A stretch of 64,000 nucleotides of DNA from NCBI RefSeq assembly GCF_006345805.1, contig NC_043011.1:47938464-48002463 (forward strand), written 5' to 3'. How positions within the stretch are numbered: position 1 is the stretch's first letter; every line of letters begins with the position of its first letter. The notes beneath the pieces were generated by a model. The model saw only the letters and a program-made list of their open reading frames with translations, did no database searches and had not been told where the DNA came from. The translations under genes and the position numbers were made by a program. Positions 51,421 to 62,426 of the stretch are shown piece by piece. Source of the DNA: Octopus sinensis. Lineage: Eukaryota.

Positions 51421-51542
51421 CGAAAATATGTGATACAACTTTGCAAAGAAAACTCTTCCAGCTCACTAAAGAAATGGTAAAAATCTTTAGAGAGTCTGAC
51501 TTCATTCAAGACGTTTTTTTCCTTCTCACTTAATAAATCAGC
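51421..51542 (-). CDS. Candidate internal exon, 122 bp, phase 0 to 2
   Basis: Acceptor TTGTTTGTATGTAATTTAG, donor CG|GTAGTC with an in-frame stop just inside the intron, open frame ADLLSEKEKNVLNEVRLSKDFYHFFSELEEFSLQSCITYF. Confidence 0.5.
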
Positions 51543-51919
51543 CTAAATTACATACAAACAATATACTATATATTTTATAGACAAGGAAATCTAACACGGC
51601 AAAAGGATAAATATCCATCTTAATAATCTCAATCTTCTGTCTTCATAGAATATTTTGATTTAGGGTAGGTAGAAAGAGATATTTTTTTTTTTTAAATTTC
51701 ATTTTTTTTTGTCATCTTCTGCTTGAATTTGCTGTTTTTCTTTTTTTTTTAAATTTCATTTTTTTATTGTTATCTTCTGCTTGAATTTTCTGGTTTTTTT
51801 TTTAATGTTTTTTTTTGTTTTCTTTTGTTTCAATAAGTCAACGAAAGGAGAAGCATGCTGGGTAAATGATGAAACATTGTTCATGTGGGTATATGTGTAT
51901 CCATGGATGGTGTTATGCA

Positions 51920-52520
51920 TGTGAGAGAAAGAGGAGAGAGAGAGAGGGGGGGAGAAGGAGAGAAAGAAAGAGTGAGTTAGTGTGAAGGAGATAGAGAAAG
52001 AAGAGGAGAGAGGAGGGAAAGAGAGAGAGAAGGAAAGAGAGAGATAAGGAAAGAAAAGGAAAGAGAGAGAGAACAGAGAGAAGGGGAGAAGAAGAGAGAG
52101 AAGGAGAGAAGGAAAGAGTGAGAGAGTGTGAAGGAGATAGCGAAAGAAAGAAGGGGAGAGAGCGAAGAGGGAAAGAGAAAGAGAGAAGGAAAGAGAGAGA
52201 TAATGAGAGAGAAGGAAAAGGAGAAAGAAAGAGAAAGAAAGTGAGAGAGAAAAAGAAAGAGAATGAGAGAAATAGAAGGAGAGAGATAAAGAAAGATATT
52301 GAGAAAGAAGGAAAGAGAAAAAGAGAGAGGTAGAAGGACAGAGGAAGGGGGAGAGAGAAAAAGAGAAAGAAAGATAAATGGACTGTATGTTTGTATGAAG
52401 GGATATTACAGAAATTGAGTGTATAAGAGAGAAAGAAAGAGATAAAAAGAGAGGAAGAGTGAGAGAGAGAGAATATGAGTGAGAATGTGTAAAAGACAGA
52501 GAGAAAGAGAGAGACATATA
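51920..52520. repeat. About 600-bp GA-rich polypurine tract
   Basis: Almost exclusively G and A on the plus strand. Confidence 0.9.
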
Positions 52521-52544
52521 TTGTGTATATATTAAAGAGACAGT

Positions 52545-52595
52545 CTGTATGTATGCATGTATGTATGTATATATGTGTGTGTGTATGTATGTATG

Positions 52596-52629
<34 letters not shown>

Positions 52630-53085
52630 TGTATGTATGTGTGAGTGGGTATGTATGCATGTATGTATGTATGTATGTATGTGTGTGTATGTATGTATAT
52701 ATGTGTGTGTGGGTATGTATGTATGTATGTATGTGTGTGAGTGTATGTATGTATGTATGTATGCATTAGGAAGAGAAAGTGAGTTGGGGTGTGAGTGTGA
52801 GCAAGAGGGTGTGTGAGTGTGAGAGAGGTTGTGCCAGAATGAGTGTATGCATTCATGAGACATAGCCATAACTCAGTCAGCATATGCATGCACACACACA
52901 CACACATACGTAGGTACATACAATCCACAGTATCACACATGCATACATAACAGACACACGCACACACATAAGAAAACATACAGAAATACACACATTCATG
53001 GACACATATCAGATCATATATCCACTGATGAAGTGGTAGAGGATTTCTGTGTGTATTATATATATATATACATATGTACATATAC

Positions 53086-53118
<33 letters not shown>

Positions 53119-53152
53119 TATATGTGTGTTTGTGTGTATGTATATATGTATG

Positions 53153-53192
<40 letters not shown>

Positions 53193-53268
53193 CACATACA
53201 TACAAACGTATATATGTATATACAAACATTGCATATATACATACAAACATTGTGTGTGTATGTATGTA

Positions 53269-53354
<86 letters not shown>

Positions 53355-54270
53355 TATATATATATAATATATATATATATGTATATATATATATTATTAT
53401 AATTATATATATATATGTATGTATATATAATATATATGTATATAAATACATATATATATATATGTGTACATATATCCATATATATATATATATATATGCA
53501 CACACACACACACACAAACACATGCACACATAAATATAATCATCTACATATAAAATAAAACCTGAAGAATTGAATTTGAGAAGAAAATTTTAAAATGACA
53601 AAAAGATTTAAATAAGAAAAACAAAAATAAAAACGTAAGTAATAGATAGAGAGAAGATGAATAAAAAAATGTCAGTTTTAGTGAAAGTTTTTTTTTTTTT
53701 TTGGAATTACAATTATCTTTGGAATAGAAATGAATAGAAGAACAAGAACAAAAACAACAATAAAAACAAAATTTATAGAAATGTATAAACAAACTAGAAA
53801 AAAAATAGCAAAACTTTAAAATTTGGAAAAATCTTGCATCCAAGACATACAAACATAGATATCTGCAAGGACACATGTATGCATGCACACACACACATAC
53901 ATACATACTTAAAATACACAAACACATACAAACACATACATATATGCATACATACACATATATTCATACATACATACATATATACGTACATACATACATA
54001 TATACATACATAAATGCAGACATATATATACATACTTATACATACATACATAAATGCATACATATATACATATACATATACATACATGCATACATACATA
54101 CATACATATATACATAAATGCATACATATATATACATATACATACATACATAAAGGCATACATATACATACATACAAAAATGCATACACATACATATATA
54201 CATACATACATACATACATACATACATAAAGGTATACATATACATACATACATACACACATACATACATT
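52545..54270. repeat. Compound (TATG)/(TA)/(CATA) microsatellite field with short AT-rich interruptions
   Basis: Direct inspection. It underlies the long low-complexity ORFs. Confidence 0.85.
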
Positions 54271-54709
54271 TTATTCTGATGCAAATTTATGAGTGCCAAG
54301 AAAATATATCTGTCAGCAAGCCATTTTCTCTTAGAGAAGACAGAATGCCATCGCCCGTAGTGGCACTTGATGACCCTTGGAGGCCCAAAGGCATCAACTT
54401 GTGTTGTTTGTTATGTGTTAAGTCTTGTACAAGTGTCATGTCATAGAATTGAAAATGTTATATAACGAATATGAATATTTCACTGGAGATTAGCACTGTT
54501 GTCACTGGGTTAGTGTGTGTGTGTGTGCACGTGTTTGTATATGTGTGTGTGTGCGCATGTGTGTGTGTGTGTGCCTGTGTGTGTGTGTATGTATGAGCAT
54601 ATATAAATATATATAATATATATACATATATATTTATATATATACATACATGCATACACAAATACACACACATCTCTCTCTCTCTCTCTTTTCGCTCTCT
54701 CTCTATCTA

Positions 54710-54756
<47 letters not shown>

Positions 54757-55296
54757 TGAATTGACTGAGTCATTAGAATGTCAAGTGAAATCTCTCAGAA
54801 TATGTTCCGAGTTCAACTCCCAATGAGGTCAACTTTCATTTGTCTGGGGTGAATAGATAAAGTAACAGTGTCAGCTTAACAGACAGGCTGAATCATTAAC
54901 ACCTTAAACAAAATGCCTTCTGGTATTTTATTTTCTGACTCTAAGTTCAAATCCTGCTGTGGCTTACACGGGTAGTAGACTCAGTCTGCTTAACCCCGCA
55001 GTGTACCCCTTAGGGAACTTTTGCAAGCATTCAATCTAGGCCTGGAGTTTTTGTGTTTACTTTTCTAATTCCCTCTTACCTCTCAAGGGGACCCTATGAA
55101 AAAGAGTATAGGCAATGCCTTTCTTTCCTGAAAAAGAGGTAGAATACACACACACACACACATTCGAGTGAACTTTGCATAATGAGATAGTTATCATCTG
55201 ACAAAATGAAAATTATGATCATCATAGTTTTATTCATGTGTGTGTCTGTGTCTGTGTGTGTATATGTATATATATATATGTACATATGTATGTGTA

Positions 55297-55341
<45 letters not shown>

Positions 55342-55406
55342 ATGTATATATATATGTATATATGTGTGTACATATATGTATAAATATATGTATGCGTGTA
55401 CACACA

Positions 55407-55552
55407 TACATTATTTATATTATTTACATTCAACGGATATTTGTCCTCATCTTGTTTGTTGTTAACACGTTTCAGCTGATATACCCTCCAGCCTTCATCA
55501 GGTGTCTTGGGAAAAAATCGAATCTGGGTTCTCATTCCTAAGGTATTTTTCG
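55407..55552 (-). mobile_element. Short element with a hammerhead-like core
   Basis: Reverse complement reads GACAC-CTGATGA (55501-55495)-A-GGCTG..CAGCT-GAAAC (55473-55469)-GTGTT. There is no room for stem III or a cleavage triplet, so this copy looks defective. Confidence 0.6.
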
Positions 55553-55571
55553 ATATTATTATTATTATTAC

Positions 55572-55987
55572 TGAGTGAGCGAGCAGAGCATGCCATCAAA
55601 GTGACACTGGGGTGAAATATACGAAGCCCAGTATACCCATCATGACTACCCGTCTGATAAGGGTACACCAGGCACATGCATCACAACCATATGTGCGCGA
55701 CATGGTGATCTCATATCAAGATAAACAGCACATGACCTTGCAGGTGGAGCCCAGTTAGAATTTTCTTCAGATCGAGTAACCCATCCCGCTCAAAAGGTCC
55801 CCGAATAAGGGTTGTTTAAGGACGTTGAACGAAACACCCATGTTTCCAGAGGTGAATTATTCAAACCCCAAAGAATCCTTCTCAACACATGGCTATGATG
55901 CTCCCCCACTACTTCTGCTCGTGATCAGAGATGCACATATCGTCAGCCACTAAGGGACATGCTCAACTGGTTAAGGTCAAACAACTG

Positions 55988-55988
<1 letters not shown>
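55572..55988. mobile_element. About 415-bp non-coding insertion within (TTA)n
   Basis: GC-richer unique sequence bounded by TTA repeats on both sides, with no ORF. Family not identified. Confidence 0.5.
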
Positions 55989-56037
<49 letters not shown>

Positions 56038-56178
56038 GATCATTGCCTGGAATGGAACTCAGAATCTTGGGGTTAGTAGCCCACACTCTTAACCACAAGA
56101 TGAAGACAAATATCCGTCAAATGTGAATAATGTAAATAATGTACATAATTCTTCAGCTCTTAAGTACAGAACTGTTTT

Positions 56179-56211
<33 letters not shown>

Positions 56212-56390
56212 TATATATCTGTATGTATGTATATATATATATGTACATACATGTATCTATGTATATATATGTAAGTTCATTTATGTATATATATACATAG
56301 ATATTTATATATATATATATATAAGAATTTTTTGCATAATGAGATAAAAAAACTAAAGCTGTGTAGATATAAAACATTTATAGATAGAAG

Positions 56391-56442
56391 GTCTTACAGC
56401 TGTTTCCAGGATATTTATTAATTATATTCCTTCATCAGAGAC
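56391..56442 (-). ncRNA. Type I hammerhead-like ribozyme
   Basis: Reverse complement reads GTCT-CTGATGA-AGGAATAT..ATATCCT-G-GAAAC-AGCT-GTA-AGAC. Stem III is the palindrome ACAGCTGT, stem I is 4 bp, and there is one extra G before GAAA. Confidence 0.65.
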
Positions 56443-56591
56443 GGTGTGAAAGGATGGTAAAGTAATAATTAATTTAGATCAGATACAAATTCAATATCCC
56501 TACATATCTCACATCTATTTTCTTTCCTCCATCTCACTCTCTATTTTGTATCCCATTTAGATTAATTATTGATTAACCATCCTTTCACACC

Positions 56592-56643
56592 GTCTCCGAT
56601 GAAGAGATATAATTAATAAATATCCTGGAAACAGCTGTAAGAC
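56592..56643 (+). ncRNA. Hammerhead-like copy with a core change (CCGATGA)
   Basis: GTCT-CCGATGA-AGAGATAT..ATATCCT-G-GAAAC-AGCT-GTA-AGAC. Confidence 0.5.
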
Positions 56644-56705
56644 CTTCTATCTATAAATGTTCTAATATCTATACAGCTTGGTTTTTTATCTTATTATGCA
56701 AAACC

Positions 56706-56968
56706 TCTAAGTGACGGGGACGTAAACACACCAGCATCGGTTGTCAAGTGATGTTGGAGGGGACAAACACAGATATACACACACGTTTATACATATACAT
56801 ATATATGATAAGCTTCTTTCAGTTTCCGTCTACCAAATCCACTCACAAGGCTTTGGTCGGCCCTAGGTTATAGTAGAAGACACTTGCCCAAGGTGCCACG
56901 CAGTGGGACTGAACCCGGAACGATGTGGTTGGCAAGCAAGCTACTTACCACACAGCCGCTCCTACGCT
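56706..56968 (-). mobile_element. SINE family A/B (tail truncated at the inverted-arm element)
   Basis: Complete A segment and partial B segment. Confidence 0.85.
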
Positions 56969-57177
56969 ATAGAACTGTTAGAAACTTTACTAAACTGGCT
57001 TCCTTCTCTTATTAAACCAGCCAATATCAGTTGCATATCAGTTAGTCTTCCCATCACATAATAACCAACTCGGTAATTAGGTGACACGGTACGCCTTTCT
57101 GAAGAACACCAGTTCATGAGTTCAAATGGTTCACTGAGCATTCTGTCCACCACATGTATGCTAAATGTGAGTGTGCT

Positions 57178-57257
<80 letters not shown>

Positions 57258-57270
57258 ATGCACTCATTAC

Positions 57271-57350
57271 TGAAAGGGACTTTGAAGTTTCTCTGTTAGT
57301 TTGTCCCATTTGCTGAGGTCAACGAACTCTGAACTTCAAAGTCCCTGTCA
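57271..57350. other. 80-nt hairpin
   Basis: Perfect 14-bp arms GGGACTTTGAAGTT (57276-57289) and AACTTCAAAGTCCC (57332-57345), with extendable imperfect pairing. Confidence 0.7.
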
Positions 57351-58502
57351 ATAAAATTATTGGCAATATTTTACTCTAAGGATGAAACGAGTCCTGTATT
57401 GAATTAATGCTCACTGCTTTTATGTATATAAACACCTTCTTTAACGCTCTACCTTTCAGCATATATTTATATATGTACACATATAAATATCTAAAATATA
57501 TATACATAGATATCATGTATATATGTATGTATATATATGTGTGTGTGTATGTGTGTATACATATATACATAATAACTATATACATATATATTAAAACTAT
57601 TTGTGTATATATGGTGTGTATATATATATTACATATATATATATATTATATATAAAATATATATATATATATGTATATATATAAATAGTATGTAATATAT
57701 ATATGTGTCTATATATAATATGTATATTATATATATATATATATATTTATTATAATACACATATATTTATTGATTCTATTTAGTTATAACCTTGGAGTTT
57801 ACATAGCCTGTCTATGGGGATCTGCTGTCAGATACCAGCATCCAGTGAAAATATATTACTTCAGTGATGATCTGTATCTGAAAATGCATAAATATCCATA
57901 GAGTCTGTATGAACATTAACAAGGAGAACATAGTGGGAAACTCATGTCATTGCATAATTCTACATCTGTTCCATCAGAGTTTTATCAGCAATTTAATCCT
58001 GCAATGTCATTGTATAAGATATGAAATAATACATCAAACCAGTGTTATTCCAGTAATACTGTAAAATACCGATTCCTTAGGTTTATGAGTAAATCGAAAT
58101 GCATCTCAATTTGTTACATAAACTTATAAGAGTTGATATTTTCCATTAATACTGGTATAGTAGTGAGTCAATGTATTATTTCCTTTATCATATAGTAACA
58201 TTCCAGCATGAAAGGACTGATAAGCCACTGAGGAAACAATTGTTGACTTAGGCAATAAAACGAGTTGCTCGTTTCATTATTCTTGTTAATGTTTATATAT
58301 ATATATATATATAGAGGGAGTTAGATATAGATACAAAAATTTAGAGGGAGATAGACTAAGTGAGAGAGAAATAATGCTATATAGGTATGTGTGTGATATC
58401 GTTTCCCTTGTGACATATAAGGTTAGATTATTGTATACATACAGTCACAGAGTTAAGACAGATGTTGTCAAAAAAATGACAGCACCCATGATGATAATAA
58501 TA

Positions 58503-58539
<37 letters not shown>

Positions 58540-58764
58540 TAATTCTCATTTATTGGCTACACGGGCTAACAAAAATCAAATAAAACGAAAGTAACAAAAG
58601 GGTTTTGTCGGTTTGGAAAATCTGTGTAAAAATGCAAGATAACAACGAAAATATAACAAGTAAAAACTCCCAATAGGGGGAGACACTTTGAAAGGTTACT
58701 CGTGGAAAAACCCATAAAAGCCACGGGATAATAAAAATAATAATAATGATGATAATAATACTTC

Positions 58765-58885
58765 TTAAGGCAACTAGAAATTCCATGCAAGATTCATGTG
58801 TTGCAAAAAGCAGCCTTATTGGGCACAGCACACATCTTAAGGAAAGTATTATCTGTCTGAGGTCCTTGTTGTGACTTGACAAATG
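58765..58885 (+). mobile_element. 5'-truncated R4/Dong-like element tip
   Basis: 58765-58860 reads LRQLEIPCKIHVLQKAALLGTAHILRKVLSV*, directly after (TAA)n. Confidence 0.75.
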
Positions 58886-58944
58886 ACTAAAGACTCTGGT
58901 ACATTTTTATGTACACTGTATTACGAAGGAATAATAATAATAAT

Positions 58945-59380
58945 AGGACTTGCAAAATCCTCTGGGATTTCCCAGTCCAAACAGACCAGGTGCTGGAGCA
59001 TAATAGACCGGACCTAGTGGTGGTTGACAAGATGCACCACATATGTTATATAGTTGATGTTGCCTGCCCCTTTGTCCTACAAATAGTCAAGAAGGGAGGT
59101 GAGAAAATAGATAGATACAATCCTCTTATGTACGAAACAGCCTGGCTATCGAGAATGAAGAAGGTGAAGATAGTGCTAATTATTGTCGGGTCCTTGGGGA
59201 CAATATCAGAAGGCATCAAGAGGAATATAAAGGAAATTGGAATAGAGTACCCAGTAGAACTGTTACAAAAGGTTTGCCTCTTTGGCATGGCCAGAATAAT
59301 CAGGAAATATTAGTTGAAAAGAACAGATAGCATGCAGGCAGCAAGTTCGCTATGCATGCAAGACTCCAAGAGTTCCATTG
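58945..59380 (+). mobile_element. 5'-truncated R4/Dong-like non-LTR element, REL endonuclease domain
   Basis: ORF 58909..59313 contains KILWDFPVQTD..HNRPDLVVVD..IVDVACP..K..Y..LQK.CL.G.ARIIRK, a PD-(D/E)xK-type motif. Homology begins right after (AAT)5. Confidence 0.85.
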
Positions 59381-59740
59381 GCACAAAGCCAGCAATTTTG
59401 GTTTGGGGAGGGGGAGTCAGTCGATTACATCAATCCCAGTATTCAACTGGTACTTATTTCATCGACTCTGAAAGGATGAAAGGCAAAGTAGACCTCAGAG
59501 AAATTTGATCTCTGAACATCACGATGCATGAAATACTGTTCTTAATTTTGTCCAGTGTGCAAATGGAATGGAGCTAAATTGAGTTCACCAACCCCCAGTA
59601 CTCAAATGGTACTTCTTTTATTCACCCATGTAAAGATGAAAAGCAAAATCGACCGTTGCAGAATTTGAACTCAGAGCATAAAGACAAATGGAGTACAGCT
59701 AAAAATTTTGCCAGCCATGCTAATGATTCTACCAGCTCAA
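59380..59740 (-). mobile_element. Two diverged SINE family C copies
   Basis: GATGAAAGGCAAAGT-type cores at about 59475 and 59640. Confidence 0.7.
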
Positions 59741-59900
59741 TGGCTTCAGGGATCTCAGTATTATAAAGTGAACTGTTTAGCTCTTCAACCATGTAGCCAC
59801 ATATATACATAACACATGAGCACAAAAACACACTCATACCTATACACACACCTGCACATATACAAGATCATATTCAGAGGTACATACATACATTTATATA

Positions 59901-59941
<41 letters not shown>

Positions 59942-59943
59942 TA

Positions 59944-60066
59944 TTGGCCTGCTCGCTTAGCCAGCGGGGGTGGGCGTCGTTCGAAGGCTAAAACAATGCG
60001 AATGCATTGTGACCAGCGATGTGTAACAACATCTGATGGTCTGGTCGGTCACGTGATCATGTGATA
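59944..60066. other. About 120-bp GC-rich, densely self-complementary insert in (TA)n
   Basis: Stems: CGCT/AGCG, TTAGCC/GGCTAA, ACAATGC/GCATTGT, GACCAG/CTGGTC, GATGT/ACATC. A terminal near-palindrome CACGTGATCATGTG lies at 60050-60063. Confidence 0.6.
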
Positions 60067-60979
60067 TATAATATTATTTATATTAATATATTATATATTT
60101 ATATATCAATATTAATATAATATATTATATATTATATTAATATAATATAATATTATATATATATATATGTATATATAATATTTTTATAAACAAACCAAAG
60201 AATAAATATCATTATGATATATATAATACAATTATATATATAAGCATGTATGTATAATGCATGTGTGTATATATGTATATGTATGTTTGTATGCATGAAC
60301 ATATGTATGTAGGAATGTATGTATATATACATGTATGTATATATGTATGCACATATGTATGTATATACGTATGCACATATGTATGTATATATGTATGTAT
60401 ATATGTGTGTATGTATGAACATATGTATGTAGAAACCTATGCATATATACATGTACATATGCATGTATGTATGAACATATGTATGTATGTCCATACGTAC
60501 ATATATACATACATATGTATGTATGCATGAATGCAGTTGCTGCTCCACACGTGTTTAGTTGCAGGCATGTAAATGCACATCAGGTCATATGCAAGCATAG
60601 ATGCAGTTGCATGGTGCACAAAGAAATATGCTAATCCGCACACAGCTGAAGCTAAACTTGCACTATCACGGTGTCACATGGAAATCCTTGGACATTTGCA
60701 CAAAGCACCACAGGCATCAGCCTGCAAATACTCATTTAAACATTATGAATAAATGTGTGTGTGTATATGCATATGTGTGTGTGTATATGCATATGTGTGT
60801 GTGCATGTGTGTGTGTATACATAGAATGTGCATCAGCCGTATTTATATTTATTGTTGTTGTTATATCAATAGAGAGGATGGAGGTGAGAGGTTGAGGGGG
60901 TTGAGGGGGTAGTCTGTTTCCATTTGTTTATATTTCCCTTATGTGTGTGTGTGTGTGTGTATGTGTCTATGTACATCAT

Positions 60980-61002
60980 CGTCGTCTTCATTACTATTAC
61001 TA

Positions 61003-61062
<60 letters not shown>

Positions 61063-61204
61063 GATATTACTATTATTATTATTATTATTATCATCATTGT
61101 TATTATTATTATTATTACTATTATTATTATTATCATCATTATTATTATTATTATTATTATTACTATTATTATTACTATTATTATTACTACTATTATTATT
61201 ATCA

Positions 61205-61245
<41 letters not shown>

Positions 61246-61530
61246 CTATTATTATTACTATTATTATTACTATTATTATTATTATCATCATCATCATTAT
61301 TATTATTATTACTATTATTATTATTATCATCATTACTACTATTATCATTATTGTCATTATTATTATTATTATTTTATTATTATTATTATTATTATTACTA
61401 TTATTATCATTATTATTAGTATTGTCATTATTATTAGTATCGTCATTATTATTATTGTTATTATTTTTATTATTATCATTACTATTATTATTATTGTTGT
61501 TGTTGTTGTTGTTGCTGTTGTTATTATTAT
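60980..61530. repeat. About 550-bp (ATT)n/(ATC)/(ACT) microsatellite
   Basis: Direct inspection. Confidence 0.95.
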
Positions 61531-61597
61531 TATTAGCATTATTGAAGGAATAAATATTAAAGTGAGAATGTGTGGTGAATAAATGCAGAATCATTAC

Positions 61598-61650
61598 CAA
61601 GGCTGAGCTTTCCATATGCCATCTTGCTGCACTGCCATGAATATGTATAT
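61598..61650 (-). CDS. Candidate exon, 53 bp
   Basis: Acceptor ATATCTTCACAG and donor TTG|GTAATG. The phase 1 to 0 frame reads IHIHGSAARWHMESSAL; a second frame is also open. Confidence 0.4.
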
Positions 61651-62091
61651 CTGTGAAGATATTTCATTTTTTTTTCAATCAATCAATCAGAGGGGAATGG
61701 GCAAGAGCCAGTGCCCCTGACCCTTTTTAAGGTTTGCAACACTGTTGAGATAAAGGGCGTTTGTTATCTTCAAACGGGGAAACTGATCAAATGCTTGCAG
61801 CTGAGTGGTTTGCAATGCTGCCCAAAAACAATGACTGTCTTGTCAAACGGTTTCCATAAATTGTTGAGTCATTAAACTGGCTTTACATCCTGAGTCTAAA
61901 TTCCACTGAGGTAAGCATTGCTTGTATCTTCTCAGGATTGGTTCGATAAAGTTCCAGCAGAGTACCGGTGTTAATGAAATCAACTTATCCCCTCCCTCAA
62001 ACTTTCAGGCCTTGTGCCAAAAATGGAGTCTATAATTATTATTATTATTATTATTACTACTGCTACTACTACTACTACTACTACTACTACA

Positions 62092-62122
<31 letters not shown>

Positions 62123-62128
62123 TTATTA

Positions 62129-62166
<38 letters not shown>

Positions 62167-62167
62167 A

Positions 62168-62208
<41 letters not shown>

Positions 62209-62352
62209 TCAAATTCTGCAGAGGTCGATAAATTAAGTACCAGTTGCGTACTGGGTTGATCTAATCGACTGGCCCCATCTCCCCACAAATTTTTGGGCCT
62301 TGTGCCCAGAGTAGAAAAGATTCTTCTTCTTCTTCTTCTTCTTCTTCTTCTT

Positions 62353-62383
<31 letters not shown>

Positions 62384-62389
62384 TCATCA

Positions 62390-62426
<37 letters not shown>

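Larger units (their letters stand above)
56330..56703. mobile_element. Inverted-arm element, each arm with a hammerhead core
   Basis: Arms about 56330-56476 and 56557-56703 are imperfect inverted copies separated by about 80 bp of spacer. Confidence 0.8.

Noticed and set aside
53021-53045. CTGATGA inside CCACT-GATGA-AGTGG
   Set aside because: No downstream GAAA and no stem II geometry, so it is not a hammerhead.
51756-53246. 496-aa ORF and the other long ORFs rich in YI/HT/CV/LS/poly-I
   Set aside because: They are translations of microsatellites that lack stop codons in that frame, with no domain-like sequence.
55880-55990. HDV-like ribozyme at the end of the TTA-embedded element
   Set aside because: Partial P1 (UCAGU/GCUGA) and P3-like pairings exist on the minus strand, but I could not find P2 or a J4/2 segment.
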